Assembly: GCA_964016885.1 (NCBI GenBank)
Contig: OZ024740.1
Coordinates: 185,938,001-186,002,000 of the forward strand
Source: Eledone cirrhosa
Taxonomy: Eukaryota
Reading direction: 5' to 3'
DNA length: 64,000 nucleotides
A program made the position numbers and the translations under genes. The notes beneath the pieces were generated by a model, which saw only the letters and a program-made list of their open reading frames with translations, had not been told where the DNA came from and searched no databases. Shown here piece after piece: positions 27,879 to 42,758 of the stretch (within the stretch, counting starts at the first letter, position 1; each line of letters starts with the position of its first letter).

Positions 27879-28263
27879 TGTCTCTGCTTTTGGCACAAGG
27901 CCAGCAATTACCCAGTGCATTACTGGTACTTTATTTTATCGACCCCGTAAGGATGAAAGGCAAAGTTAACCTCGCCGGGATTTGAACCCAGGATGGCAAG
28001 GGCCGTAACTATGCATCAAAGCATGGCGTCTGACCCTCTACCGATACTGCCAATCCACCGCCCTTATAAACAAGATAATTGTTTCTACTTTAGGCACAAA
28101 GCCAGCAAATACCCAGTGCATTACTGATTCTTTATTTTATCGACCCCGTAAGGATGAAAGGCAAAGTTAACCTCGGCGGGATTTTAAATCAAACTGTAAA
28201 GGGACGTAACTATGCTACAAAACATGGTGTCCAACCCTCTACCGATACTGTCAATTCACCGCC
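27879..28263 (-). mobile_element. Two tandem SINE copies bounded by three copies of a 16-bp target sequence
   Basis: ttataaacaagataat at 27863-27878, 28064-28079 and 28264-28279. Confidence 0.88.
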
Positions 28264-28318
28264 TTATAAACAAGATAATATAAGCGGATTTGTTTTCAAA
28301 GTAAGCCTATTGTCATAA

Positions 28319-28446
28319 TTATAATTATCTAAGTTAGTCATAGCTATTTAACTTATTAGCTACAAGTAAAAGTGAGGCTAGATGACTATGTTGGGTCAAA
28401 TATTCTGTTGACAGCTAATAGCTATAACTAACTTAGATAATTATAA
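28319..28446. repeat. 30-bp inverted repeat with 68-bp spacer (MITE-like)
   Basis: ttataattatctaagttagtcatagctatt / aatagctataactaacttagataattataa, one mismatch. Confidence 0.7.
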
Positions 28447-28982
28447 GTTACCTCCTTTACATTGTCTCTCAATTAAAAAATTAAAAAATTAGCACTTAAC
28501 TATAAACTACCCACAATTTCTAATCTCTCGAGGAGTTACTTCCCCTGAAACCACCCTCTAATTAGTAAGGTAAATATGTCCATAGGCGGCCATCTTGTTA
28601 CCCATAGGCAGATCTCACACAATGCAGCCTCGACAGAAGAATACTGCTTGATTATGGCAGACAATTGTTATACCCAGGACACCATAGTGAAATACCAACA
28701 TATGGAACATTACATTTATGTAAATTTCTTTCCTTATTTTAATTTATATTCCTTTTGAAGTTCCAATGAGCTGCTCTATTCCTACCTATGTTAATTATTT
28801 TCAACTGAACCAGATCAATAATGATATATAATCATTTGATCCAGAAATATTATATGGAGTAGAGAAACAATGGTAAACCGACATTATTATTATTATTAAT
28901 ATTATTATTATTATTCTCTACATTTCTTAAACTAAAATATGTTGAGAATCTTTTAATAATGTCTTCCTTGTGAAATGTGTGG

Positions 28983-29343
<361 letters not shown>

Positions 29344-29812
29344 TATATATATATATATACATATCGATTAATCTGTTAGTTTATTAACTAGATGTTATTT
29401 TATTTCATCGTCAAAATTTCTCGTTACATATTTTGACCTTCTCATTGCCACAGCTGTTATTGATCCTCCCTAACTCCTTTATTTTATTTTATTTTATTTT
29501 ATTTTGTTTTATTTACATCATATTGTCTATCTCTGGGGTATGTGATATGCATCTGTGTATGAGTAACCGTGTATATGTGTGTGCTTTACTGCGCGTGTTT
29601 TTTAAATCTTGTCTCTCCAGTATATTTATTTATTTATCGAATATTTATGTACATTTATGTGTATGCACTCGTTCGTAGCACAATGTCCTTTGTATGTCTG
29701 TATGTCCATTCCTAAAAGATACAGACACAGAAGAATGGGCAATACACGCACGCACACACACACACACACACATACATACATATATATACATATATTATAT
29801 ATGTATACAAAT

Positions 29813-29847
<35 letters not shown>

Positions 29848-30054
29848 TATATATATATATCGTTTCTGAATTTGTTTAGCAAGATTCTTTATCTGAAATC
29901 GTGTGTTGAAACCGATATTGTTATACTTTGGGAGGGTCATGTTGCCAATAAGAAACACACGCACCAGTTGCTTTCACTTCAATTTATTATATATTTATAA
30001 ATTTACAATATATATATATATGTACATATCAAAACATACATATATAATATATAT

Positions 30055-30988
30055 AGAAAGGATGAATATAAAATGAAAGTGCTTTTATAAAGGAATTTAC
30101 TAGGTATTGACATATGTTTCTGTAACCTATGTATCGCTGCTTGCGTAATATGAAATCCAAAAATAACAGAATAGAGCGATTGTTATACTGTAACCATCGC
30201 TTGAAATCTACATTTTCATATTACAAACGCTACCAGGATTGAACGCCTGTCTCTATCTCCGTTTGATTGTCAAAATACATATTAACATTCTCTATTAGTC
30301 TTAATTCTATCAACTCTTCTATCCTTTACCATTTAATAATAGATAAAATGAGATTTCTTAATTCAATTCCCGAATGCATATACCAGCAGGCTACCAGCAT
30401 TGTTGTTATACAGTAACAGTGAACATCTCTCTCTTCCTTACTTGTCACTTTATATCTGTATTAATATAACTACACCAAACGACCAGCCCTGTCCATTCAT
30501 TGTACAATTGGTCAAATATAGATTAAAATAGGCACTCCCAACAATTCTTATTTAGATAAAATAAGCCATATACTCATTGTATTCTCATTACAAACCTTCT
30601 ATATACTTGTTTACCAGCAAATTGAATTGCCATCTGTCATATACTATCCCTTCTCTTCTTCCTTTCTTACAACTAATATAAATACTTTAATTTTTCTGAT
30701 TTTTTCCAATTTATCCAATATCTCTGAAGAAGTGACAACTGATTATACATTTGCTATCGAATACTTGCTAACATTATATGATTACGCAAGCAGCGATACA
30801 TAGGTATTCCGTCTGTTACAGAAACATATGTCAATACCTAATAAATTCCTTTATAAAAGCTCTTTCATTTTATATTCATCTTTTCTACATTTTCTCGGGA
30901 ATATAAATTATACTCGTTGAGCAAACCTACACGTACGCTGTTCATCTCTAACGATATATTATCACTACATTGTTGATAACTTGAAATG

Positions 30989-30990
<2 letters not shown>
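30055..30990 (+). mobile_element. 5'-truncated Naiad-type PLE 3' end with inverted tail copy
   Basis: ~30163-30230 encodes NNRIERLLYCNHRLKSTFSYYK (compare NNKIERSIYCNHRLKEKFSHYK at ~20130). 30055-30150 is inverted relative to ~30780-30890. Confidence 0.8.
30718..30836 (+). ncRNA. Type I hammerhead with ~90-nt stem II
   Basis: CTGAAGA-agtgaca...tgttaca-GAAAC-atat-GTC-aata; stem I imperfect. Confidence 0.6.
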
Positions 30991-31083
<93 letters not shown>

Positions 31084-32239
31084 AATATATATTTACATAT
31101 ATCTGAGGACAATGAAGTATGAAAGATAACACAAACTAATAATTGAACATACACTTACTCCTTCATATACATACAATTGTTTATTGATTGTAACTTCGAG
31201 AAATTACATTAATGTTCGTGTCCAAAATATTGGCTTTTTTAAACTTTGATTTATTTGAAAATACCTTCTTCGGGCTTATGCTCTGCACTTTGTCATTGAA
31301 CATTTATCTTGTCACGGTTTGAATTGTTCTCATTTACACAGATGTTTTTGTGTATCTGTGATCATTCCTCTTCCCCATGATTCAATGCCTTCGTAGAATT
31401 AGCATGAAAAAGAAACAGTACAAATAATCGTATCAATAAATAACTCTCTTGAAATATATTGTCAAATGCATTCCAAAATCACCAGAGACCTTTTTATTTC
31501 TACACATTATTTCAGACTATACCCATTGCTAAATAAATACATGAGTGAAATGGAAAACATGATATTTTATCACATCCGTGAATGACACTATATGATTCTC
31601 TTAATTTCGATTGTGATTCACATAATATAATACTCTCTCATATGATATAACTGTCGTTATAACAAAGGAAAATTTGGCAATTTCTCTTTTCATATTTTTT
31701 ATTCTATGTCTCTCTACAGGCACAACACATCTTAAACAACTTCATAAAAAGTAAATCTATATAATTTGATTTGTTTTCATGAATTGAGCCATAGTCATTA
31801 TATTTCGATGATATATTTTTATGAATATTCTGATTCTGAATGCTTCATAGACACTTCAGTTGTTTCAGAAATGTTTGTATTCAAAAGTGATATATGTTCT
31901 TAGATCTATGAATGCATAGTGGTGTGTTTAATCCATAAATAGTTGATGTTCTTCCGTACACAAGAAATTAACATATGGTTTGAGTTTTTCAGTTGCCAAA
32001 ATGTTTCGTGTGTATAAAATTGTATTCCGCATCACATATAGGCTTAATAAAGCACAAACATCACAGAGGAAGTCGAACTTTATTTTACAAATCCATATTT
32101 CTTAGATATCCATATCACTATATTACTGGAAAATAAAACACATTTTGTTCTTTTTACGCAATACACAGTATTAGTATCTCTATAGTAACGTTGCAGTACC
32201 CTACACCTACATAGAGGCATATTCCAAAGGTTTAGTGAT

Positions 32240-32800
<561 letters not shown>

Positions 32801-33089
32801 AGATTTGTGCATAAATGTGTATCTATCAAAGCTCCAATAAATCTTTCGAATATGTAACTACGAAAATATATTTTCTTCGGCAGTGAGGCTACACATATGT
32901 TTATTGTATATAGTGCATTGTGTATGTTCACGTATTTCTTGCTATACACAACACAGAATATGGGAATGATCACATCCAGCCAATGTATTCGGTTTGTTAT
33001 ATAACAATGAGTTTTTATTTGTGTGTCTGTGATTTACGCGTCCATATATGTATATGTTTCAGGTATCTCTCACATTCTCTCTCTCACAC

Positions 33090-33168
<79 letters not shown>

Positions 33169-33241
33169 ACCTGCAACACAACACATATATAGACAGCTAA
33201 CACATACACACGAACAAATAATACTCATTTATATATATATA

Positions 33242-33720
33242 CTAGCAGAGGTAACCGGCGTTGCTCGGGTATTAAATAGCAGTTGTGTATACCATTTACG
33301 TCAATACTTCAGTGCTGCTTCGAAAACTATACTTTTACAAAATCATCGGCTTTTTCCAAAAGGGGGTTCCTACCGCCAGGGGTCCCCTACTCAATATGTG
33401 CCAATTCTGGGAGTTCACATTCATCTGTAGGACAAACGTAGCCCATGTGTCAAGTTTTGTGAAAATCGGTTCCGCACTCCAGAAGTTATGACGTTTTGTT
33501 GCATTGCACTGCAGTGCTTCAGTCGACTCCAAGAAAGTGGGCAAAGGGGGTTATCTGCCGGGAGGCCCTATAATCAATATCTGTAAAAATGAGAGTGTCC
33601 ATGACCATCCAGAGTAGATAAGTAACCGATGTCTTAAGTTTGGTGAAAATACTGAAGAAATGCATAAGGTTTATACCCGCGCGCGCTCGTGTGTGTGTGT
33701 GTGTGTGTTTGTGTTTTTGT
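33242..33720 (-). mobile_element. Non-autonomous Helitron 3' portion
   Basis: Minus strand ends cccgagcaacgccgg-ttacctctg-CTAG|T, nearly the same hairpin as 45558-45585. 5' boundary uncertain. Confidence 0.65.
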
Positions 33721-34837
33721 GTATTCGTTTGGGGAGCGGTATGTATTTGAGTGTGCGTATGTATTTGTATGTCCGTCGGGGTATACGTATGTACTGGCCT
33801 AAATCTTACTATTTACTTTTACTATTTTAATAACCTCTGTCATTTTCGTTTTCGATTTTATTTACATCATTCTTAAACTCCGGGCGTGGAAATAATTCTA
33901 TGTTAAATAGAATATTAGTCGAACGACTCCATTTATACCTTAAACTTGGTCTTGTCTTTGCATGAAATTGTTCTTTTCGCTCCATATAACGACGTATTAT
34001 TTTCCTTCGGTTGGAACGTTTCTCGAAATATTTACTTCTGCGTTCACAGATTACTCTCAGTTCAATTTGAATGGGAAATTCCTGTTTCATCGATTTTCTC
34101 CGTAACCCTGGAAGATTGTACCCTAAAAGTTGACCCAACGCCTATCATTCTGCATAACTGTGTAAATTTTCGTTGCATTCCACTAAGCCATTTTCGACGT
34201 TTATCCGACTACACTTACTTACTTACTTAAAAATACAACGTCCGACCACTTCCAATGTACATATATATATATATATACACATATATATATATATATACAT
34301 ATATATATGTGTGTGTGTGTGTGTGTGAGTGTTTAGAATGTACACACAAGTTGATATATATATATAATAGTAAAAAAAAAAAAAAAACAGTAGAAAAGGC
34401 TAAAGGGATTTTCTCATACAATAAGAGCAATGTATTCTTTTACAAAAAAAAAGGAATTTCCGTATCGTTAGTACCGGTTGCAGCCTATTGGCTTCTTCTT
34501 GCGACGGAAGTGTATAATGAAATTAAATTGTATATTATTAAGAATATGGAAAAAAGGAACATGGTTTATATGTTATATATATATATATATAAAAAAGTTC
34601 ATATGTTTGTTTATCGTTTTCTGTCTTTCTCTCTTGGTGTTGGCCATAACCGTGTCATTATTAATAGTGACACAATTATGGTCAACACTAATGAAATTAA
34701 ATTGTATATTAATAAGAATATGGGAAAAAAGTAACATGGTTTTCATACATATATATATAGAGAGAAAAGTTCACATTTCTGTTTATCGTGTTCTCTCTTT
34801 CTCTCCTAGTGTTAACCATAACTGTGCCACTAATAAT

Positions 34838-35000
34838 AATTGTTTCTACTTTAGGTACCAGGCCTGCAATTATCCCAGTGTATTTCTGGTACTTTATTTT
34901 ATCGACCCCGTAAGGGTGAAAGGCAAAGTTAACCTCGCCGGGATTTGAACTCAGAATGGCAAGGGCCGTAACTCTTTGCTGCAAAGCATGGCGTCACACG
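34838..35000 (-). mobile_element. SINE copy
   Basis: Reverse complement of the SINE core. Confidence 0.85.
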
Positions 35001-35157
35001 GCTATATATATATATATTAAAGAGTTAAACAAGATTCAATGAGTACATCAAAGAATGAATTTTACAGTAGATTGGAAGCACTCTACAGTGGAGATGTTCC
35101 AGAGTTTTTAATATTAATTCAAATATTAACAAAATAGATATTCTTGTGATCAATTAA

Positions 35158-35222
35158 ATTTTATTATACATATTTCAGAGGTACTGAATCAAGTTCAACA
35201 GTACGTCCTCATCAGATAAAAT
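35158..35222 (-). ncRNA. Type I hammerhead
   Basis: Mirror of 37353-37417. Confidence 0.75.
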
Positions 35223-35264
35223 AAAATGATACATGACATACCCTGTAATTTGGTGTGTAATTTG

Positions 35265-35659
35265 GTGTGTAATTTGATGTATAAATGCACCGTAAAAACT
35301 GAGAACAACACATACAACTACATAGGAGCGACTTCTTCTACATTTAAGGCTAGATTTGCGAATCATAAATGCTCATTGTCGAATTCTAATAGGAAATCTT
35401 CAACTTCTTTTTCACAGCTTATATGTTCATTAGAAAAAAAAAATTTAAATACTCGATCTTTTGGACGAAACATTGTAATAGTGGAGTTTATCTCAACTCA
35501 AGTATATCAAGTAACTGCGCCCTCTGTACAATGGAGACGCTATTTATAATTAATAATTATGAAAACTTAATTAACAAAAAAAGTGAATTATTCTCAAACT
35601 ACCTTCATAAAGCTTTGTCCACATTCCAAGCCTCGCATAAAGTCAGGAAAAAACAGTAA
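35265..35659 (+). pseudogene. PLE GIY-YIG endonuclease fragment
   Basis: NLMYKCTV..YIGATSSTFKARFANHKCS ... CALCTMETLFI..LINKKSEL, with a frameshift. Confidence 0.85.
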
Positions 35660-36527
35660 GGAACCAAGCCGTACATCATCAACTGTTGAACATATGAATC
35701 ACAAAACTTTAATAATGCTTTATCTTCTAATCATTTATAATGGAAATACTGTTTGAATGAGTGACACTTGTTTAATAACTCGTTTGCAGGTAGGATATGC
35801 ATAACCTATTGCTATTTGGATATTTTGAACTTTGATTCAGATCTTTATTTTTCTATCTCAGATTTATATATATAGTTTAGATATTTAACCTGTAAATTTT
35901 ACTGACTTTAATTTGAACTGTGGATCATTTATACAGTTACATTTATATATGTATGTATTTTATATATATATATATTTTTTACTCATTTGGAGATGGTTTT
36001 TGAAGACTCAGAAAGTTGGCTTTGCGCTTTGCTTTTTATGTATTTTTAACAAACAATATTGGCAGACAAATATTGGTTTATATCTTCACAGAACTGGAGG
36101 TAGAACTACTAACAGTGTTTGTAATCGCTATGTTTTATTGGATATATACCGTCTTATTAATATCTAGTATATCAATGTATAGTTTGTGCAAATATCTATA
36201 TTTAGTGTAATAACATAATCGTAGTTACACATGTACGAAACAAATAACAAAGATTATAATCGTTATTCTTTATTAAATGTATACCGTCTCATTAATACTT
36301 AGTATATCTCTATTTATAGTTTGTGCAAATATGTTTATATTGTATAATAACATAATCATAATTATAGTTCGGTATATCTCTATATATAGTTTGTACAAAT
36401 ATATTTATATTGTATAATAACATAATCATAATTAGAGTTCGGTCTTCCCTAGAAGGTAGAAATAATATAATGACTTAATATAGTATATGAACAAATAATA
36501 AATTATAGTCTTGATATTATGATCAAT

Positions 36528-36635
<108 letters not shown>

Positions 36636-37352
36636 GAAAACTCTGACATCTTTAGATTTAATTATAAGACCCGCTAATACTTTAGACACTATAATTATTT
36701 AACAATGAATTCCTTAATAGTTATAACTGTAAATATCTCATAAATTATATTATAGAAAATGTTGTCAGTGTTACAAGTAATTTTGTTAAAGATTACCTTT
36801 GTGAGAATATTGAACATTATACTTTTTCTTTCGCGGGCCTCGTAAATGCTTTAAATTTGTTTTCATAAAACTTTGAATTTTAGAAATTTAACACAATTAT
36901 ATTATAAAATTAATACAAATAACCATCAACTTTTAAAACCTAAAATGTGTCTTCTTTACCCTAAAATAACATAAATTAAATATTTTGAAATTTAACCGCC
37001 AAAGCTATATATGTTTATGTGTGTCTAAAGAAAATTTGATCATAAATTACTCCCCTTTGTCTCTCCCTCTCTTTAATTATCTGTCAATTGTCTTCTCAAG
37101 CTAAACACTAAATAAATTATAACTCCAGATACTTCTTCCTCTATAGTTCTATAGTACTATTTCAAATGTTAAAAACTCTATAAATGTTGCATTAAGGCAA
37201 ATTTTTCTTACTGACACTCTCTCTATTGATTCTATTACATTTTCGCATGTTCTCAATATTAGGGTATACATATTGAGTTTTCTCATAAGTTAATCACTAC
37301 CTTGATTAAATCTTAACTATTTAACATGTCAGAGGATGTCATGTATCATTTT

Positions 37353-37417
37353 ATTTTATCTGATGAGGACGTACTGTTGAACTTGAGTCAGTACCTCTGA
37401 AATATGTATAATAAAAT
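37353..37417 (+). ncRNA. Type I hammerhead
   Basis: attttat-CTGATGA-g..gtactg..cagtac..-GAAA-tatgta-TA-ataaaat; 7-bp stem I. Confidence 0.78.
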
Positions 37418-37464
37418 TTAATTGATCACAAGAATATCTATTTTGTTAATATTTGAATTAAAAA

Positions 37465-37519
<55 letters not shown>

Positions 37520-38685
37520 CGTTGAAAACTAAGTACACAGACACGCACAATTTGAGCATCGAAGTATCTCGGTACATATAATTTTTCTTGTACCTATAGA
37601 AACAATTATAACGAGTATAACCATTGTGTGTGTCTGCGAGTATAACCACTGTGTGTGTATAAGCACTGTGCGTGTATCTGTGTATGTAATATGTATACAT
37701 ATTTCTCCATTAATATATATGAATATTTAAATAAAGTTCTTTATTCATAATATTTTAAATTAACCTCGATTTTCATATATTCGTTTGATTCAATATAATT
37801 ACTATTCTATTCTTCGAAATATATAATAGATGCCAAATATTTCTTAAATTTTCAATTTCGATTCCAATATTTCTATCCAAATTTAAATTAACATCTTTGA
37901 ATTTATAACATTTCAGTAATAATTATTTAAATATGTTAGGCAAATCAGTAGTAAATAATTAAAATTCAATCATTGATAACTTGTAATTCATTATTAGATA
38001 TGTTTGTTTTCAATAGTATGTTGCTTTTGTTCATTGAAGCAATTCAATGCGACATTAATTAAGCTAGCGATCAATATCTTAACATGAACACTTTATTCAG
38101 CTATGATTTTAGCTGCTACTGCGACGTCTATTGAAATACGTTGTTTTATTTGTTCTTATTGAATCAGTAATATGTCATGATGTCTTTTGATATAAAAAGA
38201 ATACAGCGCACATTTATACGTCTCTTAATTGTCCTTGGTTGGTTACACACGCTGATAATAAAATGAATTTTTTAAAACCTTGCGTAGACAGAAATGTGAT
38301 TGTGTCTTTAAAACATTAAATAATTTAAATCAAATTAACCTCTTTTTCCTGACTTAATTAATACTTCTTCAACGGGAAGATTATCGGAGTCGACGATATT
38401 AAATTAATATTTTGTCAATATTAATGTGGTTATAATATTCTAAAATTAGATTTAGTGTGAGTAAGCATGTATTACGATCGCGATATTAAATGAAATATCG
38501 GCTAAAATATAAAGGTATTTTAAAATACTACGAGTGGAGGAATTTGAAAGTAGTGTATGAAATGGCGTGGTCTCGTCATCGGGAATAATATTTCATTCGA
38601 GGTAGGAATAACAATTAATGCGTAGATTTTATATATTTTTGAAAAAAATCACTTTCATCACTTTACAATATTTACTCGTCTAGTT

Positions 38686-38718
<33 letters not shown>

Positions 38719-38724
38719 GATAGA

Positions 38725-39178
38725 TAGATGAGATTCTACAGGACTAGAACTGTTTCATTTTTTTAGAAATCATCAGGAAAACTGGCTTTCCAAATAAAGT
38801 GTTGTGGTATTTATATCTTCTCAGGTGGCAGGAAAGGGTGGGGAGTGGGATGGGTGGAGGTCATTGGTTGAAAGAAAAGGGAATTCATTAAAAGCTAATT
38901 CTTTAAGGCAATAATTTATATTTAGAGTGACAAATGCAGAAAGAATTCTATAAACAAGTTCAAATTGGGTGGCACTCCTTATTTTCAAGTTTCTCTCAAG
39001 CTAACGATGACTATATTTCAGGTGGCTATAAGATCGTTGGGGGTCGGTGATGGTTGATGGTTTTAAAGAAAACGTAAATTCTTTAAAAGCTAATTCTTCA
39101 AAGCTCTACTTAGAGTGACAAAGGCCAAGAGAATTCTATAAACCAGTTCAAAATATTGGGTGCCTGTCATATCATTAT
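38725..39178 (-). mobile_element. ORF-less PLE-tail element (same family as 53878-54590) with HHR at 38731-38782
   Basis: Reverse complement aligns to 53878-54515 once the SINE there is removed. ttc-CTGATGA...GAAACAG..CTGTA-gaa. Confidence 0.8.
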
Positions 39179-39422
39179 TTTCATGTTTCTTTTAAGCTAT
39201 ATTCCAGGTGTCAACAGACACATTCACATACACACGCACACACACATATATATATATATATATAAATATGTACACCATGTGCAAACCACGCAGTATTCTT
39301 CTTTCTTCTCGTGTTTTTTATATATAAATATATATATATATACATATAAATATATATATATATATAAATATATATATACATATATTTATGTATATATATA
39401 TATATAAATATATATATACATA

Positions 39423-39494
<72 letters not shown>

Positions 39495-39497
<3 letters not shown>

Positions 39498-39985
39498 TGG
39501 CTACCAACTCGTTTTCGAGTACGGCCACTACTTTATATCCATGTAGGAGAACCCCTACCGATGCGCTGAACGAGTGTGTCTTTTTAGTCCAGCCAGTGAC
39601 TTGAAAACTCTGGTACAAACACTACACTTGTGTCAATTAATGACACATAGTGCTGGGCCCATGGTACCATGTGACAAGTGCAGAGAGATCTCTAGATATA
39701 AAGCAATGCCTGTGCCGTGAAGCTTTTATAGTGAGCAAAGGCACTGCACAAAGCCAGTCCCACTCTCTTAACCAAGGTGATATTTACCAAAAAGAAGAAC
39801 AAGTCAACATCATTGGATACCATCAGAGTTGCAGGTGTTATATCAGAGTTTTCCTTCTCCTAGAATTCTGCCTTGACAAAGGCTAAGGGGTCATCTCTCC
39901 CAGTGATTTTGGATGGCCATAGACTCTTAAAAGCTCATTTGCCCTTTGACAGGTTTTGTTTTTAGTCGCCAACGACCCGACCATG
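39495..39985. repeat. Inverse copy of the 26210-26628 repeat
   Basis: Near-identical spurious ORF translations in the track (MLGPWYHVT...). Confidence 0.75.
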
Positions 39986-40110
39986 ATATATATATACATA
40001 CATACACACATATACATACATATATATATATACACACACACATATATATACACATATACATATATATACACACACACATATACATATATATACATACACA
40101 CACACACACA

Positions 40111-40140
<30 letters not shown>

Positions 40141-40142
<2 letters not shown>

Positions 40143-40475
40143 AGTAAGATGTATGGTAGGACGTATGTGAATCGCGATGATCACGTCTGATTTACCAAAT
40201 ATGTGACGGTAGCTAGTTAAGCTCTATGCGTATACGCAGAGCAGAAATATTAGTGAAAAAGAACAAAGGAACTATTATGACATTATAACAAGTTTATTGC
40301 CGACAGCCGTTTCGTCCGACCCCATGGTTGGACTTATTGAGTGATACGTTGATGTAAACAATGATCTTGCAATCACATGTTATATGCCTTGATAAGTCCC
40401 ACCATGGGGTCGGACGAAACAGCTGTCGGCAATAAACTTGTTATAATGTCATAATAGTTCCTTTGTTCTTTTTCA

Positions 40476-40480
<5 letters not shown>
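40141..40480. mobile_element. Mini inverted tail-out HHR element between TA tracts
   Basis: ~40247-40338 is inverted relative to ~40391-40481. Confidence 0.85.
40385..40431 (+). ncRNA. Compact type I hammerhead, U3-A8 core
   Basis: tgcc-TTGATAA-gtcc..ggac-GAAAC-agct-GTC-ggca, with an overlapping AATAAA. All three stems are perfect. Confidence 0.85.
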
Positions 40481-40549
<69 letters not shown>

Positions 40550-40657
40550 CATATACACATATACAAACATATGCAAACACATCTACAGATATATACATAT
40601 ATACAAAATACATAAATACACATACACAAATATATATATATATATACACACACACAT

Positions 40658-40740
<83 letters not shown>

Positions 40741-40743
<3 letters not shown>

Positions 40744-41543
40744 GGGGTAACAAATAATAGTTATATGCAGTCCACTTAGGTGTAGTCCAGTTATGGTATT
40801 CCGGGTAGTGGATGATATCAACGCTTGGCTAAGTTTGACTCAACAAGACGTTTTCATAGTGATGTTGCGAGTATGCTTTAATTCCTATGTTGTAAACACT
40901 TGGAGTAATAATAAATCAGGAAAGAAGATTGACACGGTTTGCTTTACAAAAAAGGTTTTTAATCTCATTGCTGACAATTGTTTCTCTGAACTGGTAGGTC
41001 TAGAGATCGCTATTCCCTTGTTTTCACGTTACTCGATCTCCAATACAGAATTATAACCAGTCAGTTCTTCGGAGTATGCGAGAATGAAGAGGATATATAC
41101 AGGCAGGAAAGAAATATACAGGCTACTATATGAAGTAGTAATGGCATTCAGTTAGAACAATAACAACAATTACAACAATGCTAGTAATAAATTATTTGAG
41201 ATGATCCTGACATTATACTAGGTGGAGGTTTAGTGTATCTAAGAATTTGGCGTGTAAAACTAGCTGGCATGAAGCAGAAGTATAAAGTTGACATGTAAAG
41301 AGTGTCGTAGGGTGTATTATATCAATGTTAAAGATAAGCCGGTGTTTATAAACAATGTAGGTCAGGTGGCCGTAATGTTCAGTTTTTATCTGACCGACGA
41401 AGCATTTATCACTGAGTAGAATTTGTGTGGTCTACATTAGATGAGAATATAGTCTTTCTTTTCCATCCTCAATAACATACATGTATGGGACAACACTGTC
41501 AAAGCTAAGTATTGGGCAAGTTAATACAGAGGTTAAGGAGGTA

Positions 41544-41545
<2 letters not shown>
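40741..41545 (-). mobile_element. PLE tail element with HHR-like motif at 40969-41076
   Basis: Minus strand: tact-CCGAAGA-actgactggt...accagttcaga-GAAAC-aatt-GTC-agca. The tail matches 47731-47810 and 62471-62503. Confidence 0.7.
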
Positions 41546-41595
<50 letters not shown>

Positions 41596-41681
41596 GTAGG
41601 TCCCGGGTTGAGTCGGGGATAACCACAGTAAGTAAGGTACTCAATACATGGCAGAGTAAATTTTTTTTATTTTATAGAAGT

Positions 41682-41732
41682 AGCTTCTACAGGACTAGTA
41701 CTGTTTCATTCAGATGAAATCTTCAGGAAGCT
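41682..41732 (-). ncRNA. Type I hammerhead (complete)
   Basis: agcttc-CTGAAGA-tttc atct gaat-GAAACAG-tactagtc-CTGTA-gaagct. Lies in a PLE-tail element (~41594-41880) ending in (TA)n. Confidence 0.88.
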
Positions 41733-42123
41733 GGGTGTCATATTAAGTTCTGGTATTTATACATTTAGGTAGTGGTAAGGGAGGGGTGGTGGAAGGGAGG
41801 GGGGGGGGGGGGGGGTATTTAGGTACACAGGACCACTTCATGGCACAGGCCGTTTTTTCTTTGGGGAGTGGCCAGAGTGCTTTTTTGAAATAAATAAATA
41901 AATAAATAAATGAATAAATAGATAAAAGAATAAATAAATTAAATTTAAAAAATGATAAAAAAAAAAAAAATAAATAAATAAATAAAAACCCCAAGAATAG
42001 TAATTGTGTTTTTGTAGGATGGAAAGAATAAAATATATTTACATACTCACAACCACATACAAAAACACTTACACAACCATATATATACACACACATATTT
42101 AAACACTTACACACACATATATA

Positions 42124-42175
<52 letters not shown>

Positions 42176-42210
42176 CACACCTACACATTCACACACATAT
42201 ACATATATAT

Positions 42211-42263
<53 letters not shown>

Positions 42264-42411
42264 TTCATACACACACACATATACATATATACACAAGGAA
42301 AACCCAAACACACAAATATACACACACACACGCATACACATACACACACATATATATCTACACATACACACGTGCGCATACACATACATATATATATATA
42401 CATATAAATGT

Positions 42412-42449
<38 letters not shown>

Positions 42450-42495
42450 GAAATGACAGGAGGCTGGATTTGTGTAAATCCTTGAAAGGTTTATT

Positions 42496-42553
42496 ATACT
42501 ATGATCATTTCAATGACCGGGTTCCGTATGAATCCGGTGATATCATCAGGTAT
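42496..42553 (-). ncRNA. Type I hammerhead
   Basis: Mirror of 43757-43814. Confidence 0.78.
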
Positions 42554-42565
42554 TCGAAATATAAT

Positions 42566-42758
42566 TGTTTCTACGTTAGGCACAAGGCCAGCAATTACCA
42601 AGTGTATTACTGGTACTTTATTTTATCGACCCCGTAAGGATGAAAGGCAAAGTTAACCTCGGCGGGATTTGAAATCAGAATGGCAAGGGCTGTAACTCTA
42701 TGCGTCAAAGCATGGCGTCCGACCCTCTACCAATACTGCCAATCCACCGCCAATCCAC
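42566..42758 (-). mobile_element. SINE with 22-bp TSD
   Basis: catcaggtattcgaaatataat at 42544-42565 and 42759-42780. Confidence 0.9.
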
